From contig CALZXH010000002.1 of assembly GCA_945830055.1 (NCBI GenBank), positions 17,737 through 81,736 of the forward strand: a DNA stretch of 64,000 bases, given 5' to 3'. Within the stretch, counting starts at the first letter, position 1. Each line of letters opens with the position of its first letter. This stretch comes from an uncultured Prevotella sp. (GTDB taxonomy: Bacteria > Bacteroidota > Bacteroidia > Bacteroidales > Bacteroidaceae). The notes under the pieces are model-generated. The model had not been told where the DNA came from and searched no databases. It saw only the letters and a list, made by a program, of their open reading frames with translations. This document shows positions 60,024 through 64,000 of the stretch, piece after piece. Position numbers and translations under genes: made by a program.

Positions 60024-62006
60024 ATGAAAAAGGCACATTCCACACAGCAAGACATATCTATGCACTATCTTAATTTGTTGTCCCAATCGTTTCCTACCAT
60101 TGCTGCAGCAAGTACAGAGATTATCAATTTGGAGGCTATCCTCAACCTGCCAAAAGGTACCGAGCACTTTTTGGCAGACATTCATGGTGAGAGCGAGGCG
60201 TTCCAGCATATACTGAAGAATGCCTCAGGAAACATCAAACGCAAGGTAAATGATCTGTTCGGCAACTCCATCCGGGAAACGGAGATCAAGGAGATGTGCA
60301 GCTTGATTTACTATCCTGAGCAGAAATTGGAACTGATCAAGGCTTCAGAAAAAGACATTGTGGACTGGTATCATATCACTATCCACCAACTGGTAAAGGT
60401 GTGCAGGGATGTGAGCAGCAAATACACGCGTTCTAAAGTAAGGAAGTCACTTCCGGCAGACTTTGCCTACATCATTGAGGAACTGTTGCATGAGCGTATT
60501 GATGATACGAACAAGACAGCATACGTGAATGTGATTGTTGACACCATTATCTCCACCGGCAGGGCTGATGACTTCATTGTTGCGTTGGCAAGGGTCATCC
60601 AACGCCTGGCGATTGACCAGCTCCACATTTTGGGAGACATCTACGACCGAGGTCCCGGTGCCCACATCATCATGGACGAAATGATGAAGTACCACAGTTG
60701 GGATATCCAGTGGGGCAATCACGACATACTGTGGATGGGAGCCTGTGCAGGAAACGACGCTTGCATTTGTAACGTGTTACGCCTGTCACTACGATATGCC
60801 AATCTTGCCACCTTGGAAGACGGATATGGTATAAACCTTGTTCCCTTGGCCACCTTCGCCATGGAAACATACAAGAATGACGATTGCTTGGAGTTCATGC
60901 CAAAATTGCTGAAAGACACAGACATGGACGAAAAGAACAAATACCTGATAGCCCAGATGCACAAGGCCATCAGCGTGATACAGTTCAAAAAGGAGGCAGA
61001 AACCTTCAAACGAAGAAAGGAATGGGAGATGGACGACAGATGCCTTTTGGAATGTATAGACTATCAAAAGGGCATTTGCAGGATACAGGGAAAGGAATAC
61101 GACATGAGGTCGTGCCACTTTCCTACGATTAACCCGACTAACCCCAACAAACTCACGGCAGAAGAGGAGACACTGATGCAGAAGTTGCACCATTCCTTTG
61201 CCGTAAGCGAGAAACTGCACAAGCACATCAGAGCCCTGTTGAGCCACGGCTGCATGTATGCGATATACAACAGCAACCTGCTCTATCATGCCTCCATTCC
61301 GCTTAATGATGACGGATCGTTGAAAGAGGTGGAACTTTACAAGGGCGAACGGTACAGCGGAAGAGCACTTATGCAACAAATCGGACAAACTATCCGGGCT
61401 GCATTTGAGAGCGACACAGAAAAAGAAGAAAGGAAATTCGCCATCGACTACTTTTTGTATCTATGGTGCGGAAAAGACAGTCCCCTGTTCGACAAATCGA
61501 AAATGGCTACTTTCGAAAGATATTTTCTTAGCGACAAGGATACATTCAAGGAAGAGAAAGGCAATTACTACAAACTGAGGGATGACGAGACCGTATGCGA
61601 CCGTATTCTGGATGCTTTTGGAGTAAAGGGAGAGAACAGGCATATCATCAACGGGCATGTTCCCGTACACGCCTCCAGCGGAGAGAATCCCATTAAAGCC
61701 AACGGAAAACTTATGGTAATTGACGGTGGTTTCAGTGAAGCATACCACAAGGAAACAGGCATAGCAGGCTACACGCTGGTATATCACAGCCGAGGTTTCC
61801 AACTGGTTCAGCATGAGCCGTTCACCAGTGCCCGGGATGCCATAGAGAAGTGTACTGATATCAAGAGTACTACACAGATTGTAGAGATGTCGGCACACAG
61901 GATGCTTGTCGCCGATACTGACATGGGTGAAGAACTACGTGCGCAAATCGTTGACTTGAAAGAATTGCTGTACGCTTATCGTCACGGCATCATCAAAGAA
62001 AAATAG
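60024..62006 (+). CDS. fbp: Fructose-1,6-bisphosphatase class III
   Basis: LPKGTEHFLADIHGE, GDIYDRG, WGNHD, INGHVPV, IDGGFS. Confidence 0.95.
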   Translation: MKKAHSTQQDISMHYLNLLSQSFPTIAAASTEIINLEAILNLPKGTEHFLADIHGESEAFQHILKNASGNIKRKVNDLFGNSIRETEIKEMCSLIYYPEQKLELIKASEKDIVDWYHITIHQLVKVCRDVSSKYTRSKVRKSLPADFAYIIEELLHERIDDTNKTAYVNVIVDTIISTGRADDFIVALARVIQRLAIDQLHILGDIYDRGPGAHIIMDEMMKYHSWDIQWGNHDILWMGACAGNDACICNVLRLSLRYANLATLEDGYGINLVPLATFAMETYKNDDCLEFMPKLLKDTDMDEKNKYLIAQMHKAISVIQFKKEAETFKRRKEWEMDDRCLLECIDYQKGICRIQGKEYDMRSCHFPTINPTNPNKLTAEEETLMQKLHHSFAVSEKLHKHIRALLSHGCMYAIYNSNLLYHASIPLNDDGSLKEVELYKGERYSGRALMQQIGQTIRAAFESDTEKEERKFAIDYFLYLWCGKDSPLFDKSKMATFERYFLSDKDTFKEEKGNYYKLRDDETVCDRILDAFGVKGENRHIINGHVPVHASSGENPIKANGKLMVIDGGFSEAYHKETGIAGYTLVYHSRGFQLVQHEPFTSARDAIEKCTDIKSTTQIVEMSAHRMLVADTDMGEELRAQIVDLKELLYAYRHGIIKEK

Positions 62007-62015
62007 GATTGCTTT

Positions 62016-62390
62016 TCACCACCAGGAAAGATGAGGTTTAAAAGCATCTTCAATGTGGTTGATGGTATAACCTGTATCAGGCGTGCCTGTAATGGCAATA
62101 ATGTCAAAACGTATGTCATTGTCAACCTTCAAACGCTTCACAAAGGCATTTGAGGCAATACATATGTTTTTGATTTTTTGTCTGTCAATGGTCATTTCGG
62201 CATCTCCGAAATGGTTGTTGCGGCGTGTCCTTACTTCCAAGATGACTACCACATCGTCTTTCTTTGCAATAATGTCCAAATCACGGTGACCGATTTTCCA
62301 GTCACGAAACATAATCTGATAGCCTTTCTTCTGCAGATACTCTACCGCAACCTGTTCTCCCCATTTGCCTAATTCGTTATGTGCAGCCAT
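62016..62390 (-). CDS. yraN: YraN family endonuclease-like protein
   Basis: LGKWGE, DLDIIA, EVRTR, IRFDII, HIEDAF. Confidence 0.9.
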   Translation of the reverse strand: MAAHNELGKWGEQVAVEYLQKKGYQIMFRDWKIGHRDLDIIAKKDDVVVILEVRTRRNNHFGDAEMTIDRQKIKNICIASNAFVKRLKVDNDIRFDIIAITGTPDTGYTINHIEDAFKPHLSWW

Positions 62391-62413
62391 AGTCCTACCC
62401 TATTTCAGACAAA

Positions 62414-63001
62414 TCATTCAAAGGCGAGATGATCCAATCTCTTTTTCAACAGTTCCGCCTCAGTCTTTTTGATTGCCAGTGTCATGTTACAAGTATTATC
62501 AAAGGTCTGCTCCACGATTCTTGGCTGCATCTCCTTGATGATTCTCATCACGCTGTTCATCATCACGTACGGGAACTCGAAGGTAACCAACTGCTCAACT
62601 ATCCTTTCTTCAATCGTAGAATGGTTGATGGCATCCGATGCAGCTGTTTTGTAGGCAACGATCAATCCACTTGTTCCAAGATTTATTCCTCCGTAATACC
62701 TCACCACCACAATCAGGATATCCGTCAGTTCATTGCTGTTAATCTGTCCTAAGATGGGTTTTCCTGCCGTACTGCTGGGTTCACCGTCGTCGTTGCATCT
62801 GAAGTCTGTCCGTTCAGCACCCAGCACATAAGCCCAGCACACATGACGCGCGTCATAGTACTTTTTCTTATATTGCTCAGTGATTTCCTTCACCTCCTCC
62901 TTGGTAGTGACATGATGAGAAAAGGCGAGGAACTTGCTTCGCTTCTCGCTGTAAAATCCCTCGCCTATTTCATCCGTTATGGTCTTATATACATCAATCA
63001 T
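62414..63001 (-). CDS. yigZ: YigZ/IMPACT family protein
   Basis: EKRSKF, ARHVCWAY, DDGEPSSTAG, VRYYGGINLG. Confidence 0.92.
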   Translation of the reverse strand: MIDVYKTITDEIGEGFYSEKRSKFLAFSHHVTTKEEVKEITEQYKKKYYDARHVCWAYVLGAERTDFRCNDDGEPSSTAGKPILGQINSNELTDILIVVVRYYGGINLGTSGLIVAYKTAASDAINHSTIEERIVEQLVTFEFPYVMMNSVMRIIKEMQPRIVEQTFDNTCNMTLAIKKTEAELLKKRLDHLAFE

Positions 63002-63021
63002 CGCAAATATGACGGTGCAAT

Positions 63022-63999
63022 TCAATCAAGTTTATGTATAATCAGACCGCTTCTCAATTTCGGTTCAAACCATGTCGCCTTTGGCGGCATTATCTTGCCA
63101 CTGTCGGCTATATCCATAATCTGCTGCATCGATACCGGATAGAGAGCCAACGCACAACGCATTTCTCCGCTATCTACTCTTTGCTTCAGCTCATTCAGAC
63201 CTCTCAGACCGCCGACAAAGTCAATGCGCTTGCTGCTTCTAAGATCCTTGATGTCCAATATCTCATCCAATATCAGACGGCTCGAGATGTCCACGTCCAG
63301 TACTCCGATAGAGTCGGCATTGGCATAGGTATGTTCCTTTGCCGTCAGACTGTACCATTGACCATCAAGATACAAGGAAAACTCATGCAAATGCTGTGGC
63401 TTATACACCTCAGCCCCCTTACAGCAAACCTCAAAGTTTTTGCCCAACGCTTCCAAGAACGCCTCAGACTCCAATCCGTTCAAGTCCTTAATCACTCGGT
63501 TGTAGTCGAGAATAGTGAGTTGTGAGGCTTGGAAACATACAGCCATGAAGTAATTATACTCTTCAGTGCCGGTATGGTTGGGATTCTGTTTTGCCTTTTC
63601 TGCTCCAACCAGCGCAGCTGCAGCAGAGCGATGGTGCCCGTCTGCAATATACAGGGTAGGCATCTTGTTGAAGGCATCGGTGATGGTGGCTATATCCTTG
63701 TCATCAGAGATAATCCAGAACTGGTGACGGAATCCGTCTATGGGAGCGATAAAGTCATATTCGGGCTGTAATACAGCATATTTCCGAATCAGCTCATCGA
63801 GAACGGCATTGTCAGGATAGGCGAAAAACACAGGTTCTATGTTGGCATTATTCACCCTCACATGCTTCATTCTGTCTTCTTCCTTGTCCCTCCGGGTAAG
63901 TTCGTGCTTCTTGATGACACCATTCATATAGTCATCCACATAGGCACCGACCACCAGACCATACTGGGTCTTCCCGTTCATGGTCTGGGCATAGATATA
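63022..63999 (-). CDS. DUF1015 family protein (5' end outside window)
   Basis: IKKHELTR, YIADGHHRSA, MPPKATWFEPKLRSGL. The frame stays open to the window edge (YIYAQTMNG). Confidence 0.9.
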   Translation of the reverse strand, partial: YIYAQTMNGKTQYGLVVGAYVDDYMNGVIKKHELTRRDKEEDRMKHVRVNNANIEPVFFAYPDNAVLDELIRKYAVLQPEYDFIAPIDGFRHQFWIISDDKDIATITDAFNKMPTLYIADGHHRSAAAALVGAEKAKQNPNHTGTEEYNYFMAVCFQASQLTILDYNRVIKDLNGLESEAFLEALGKNFEVCCKGAEVYKPQHLHEFSLYLDGQWYSLTAKEHTYANADSIGVLDVDISSRLILDEILDIKDLRSSKRIDFVGGLRGLNELKQRVDSGEMRCALALYPVSMQQIMDIADSGKIMPPKATWFEPKLRSGLIIHKLD

Positions 64000-64000
64000 G

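Overview
Chromosomal window of a Bacteroidales bacterium, most likely Prevotella-like. Evidence: TAnnTTTG/TTTG sigma-A promoters, almost no Shine-Dalgarno sites, serine palmitoyltransferase, a T9SS-type C-terminal domain and the hisHAF-hisIE-ftsE-lysC-lysA gene order. Most of it is housekeeping (pheT, truA, panB, nadC, ruvC, pepD, gdhA, maeB, purF, purU, his, lys, fbp; tRNA-Pro and tRNA-Cys). Two places stand out. (1) The left edge carries an operon the ORF track largely missed: promoter -> 41-aa sORF -> triple double-zinc-ribbon protein -> >=639-aa Hanks-type Ser/Thr kinase that runs off the window. (2) An accessory patch between pepD and gdhA (~33.5-39.9 kb) is bounded by inverted copies of a CACGGA-type repeat and carries a GH43 + membrane AraC regulator pair. 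Each end has a toxin-antitoxin module whose toxin is deleted while the antitoxin appears intact: an abiF-like RNA hairpin and a HigA-like HTH protein. A MITE-like element with 29-bp TIRs and a 7-bp flanking duplication sits at 46.4 kb. Family calls are by motif recognition only; no searches were run.
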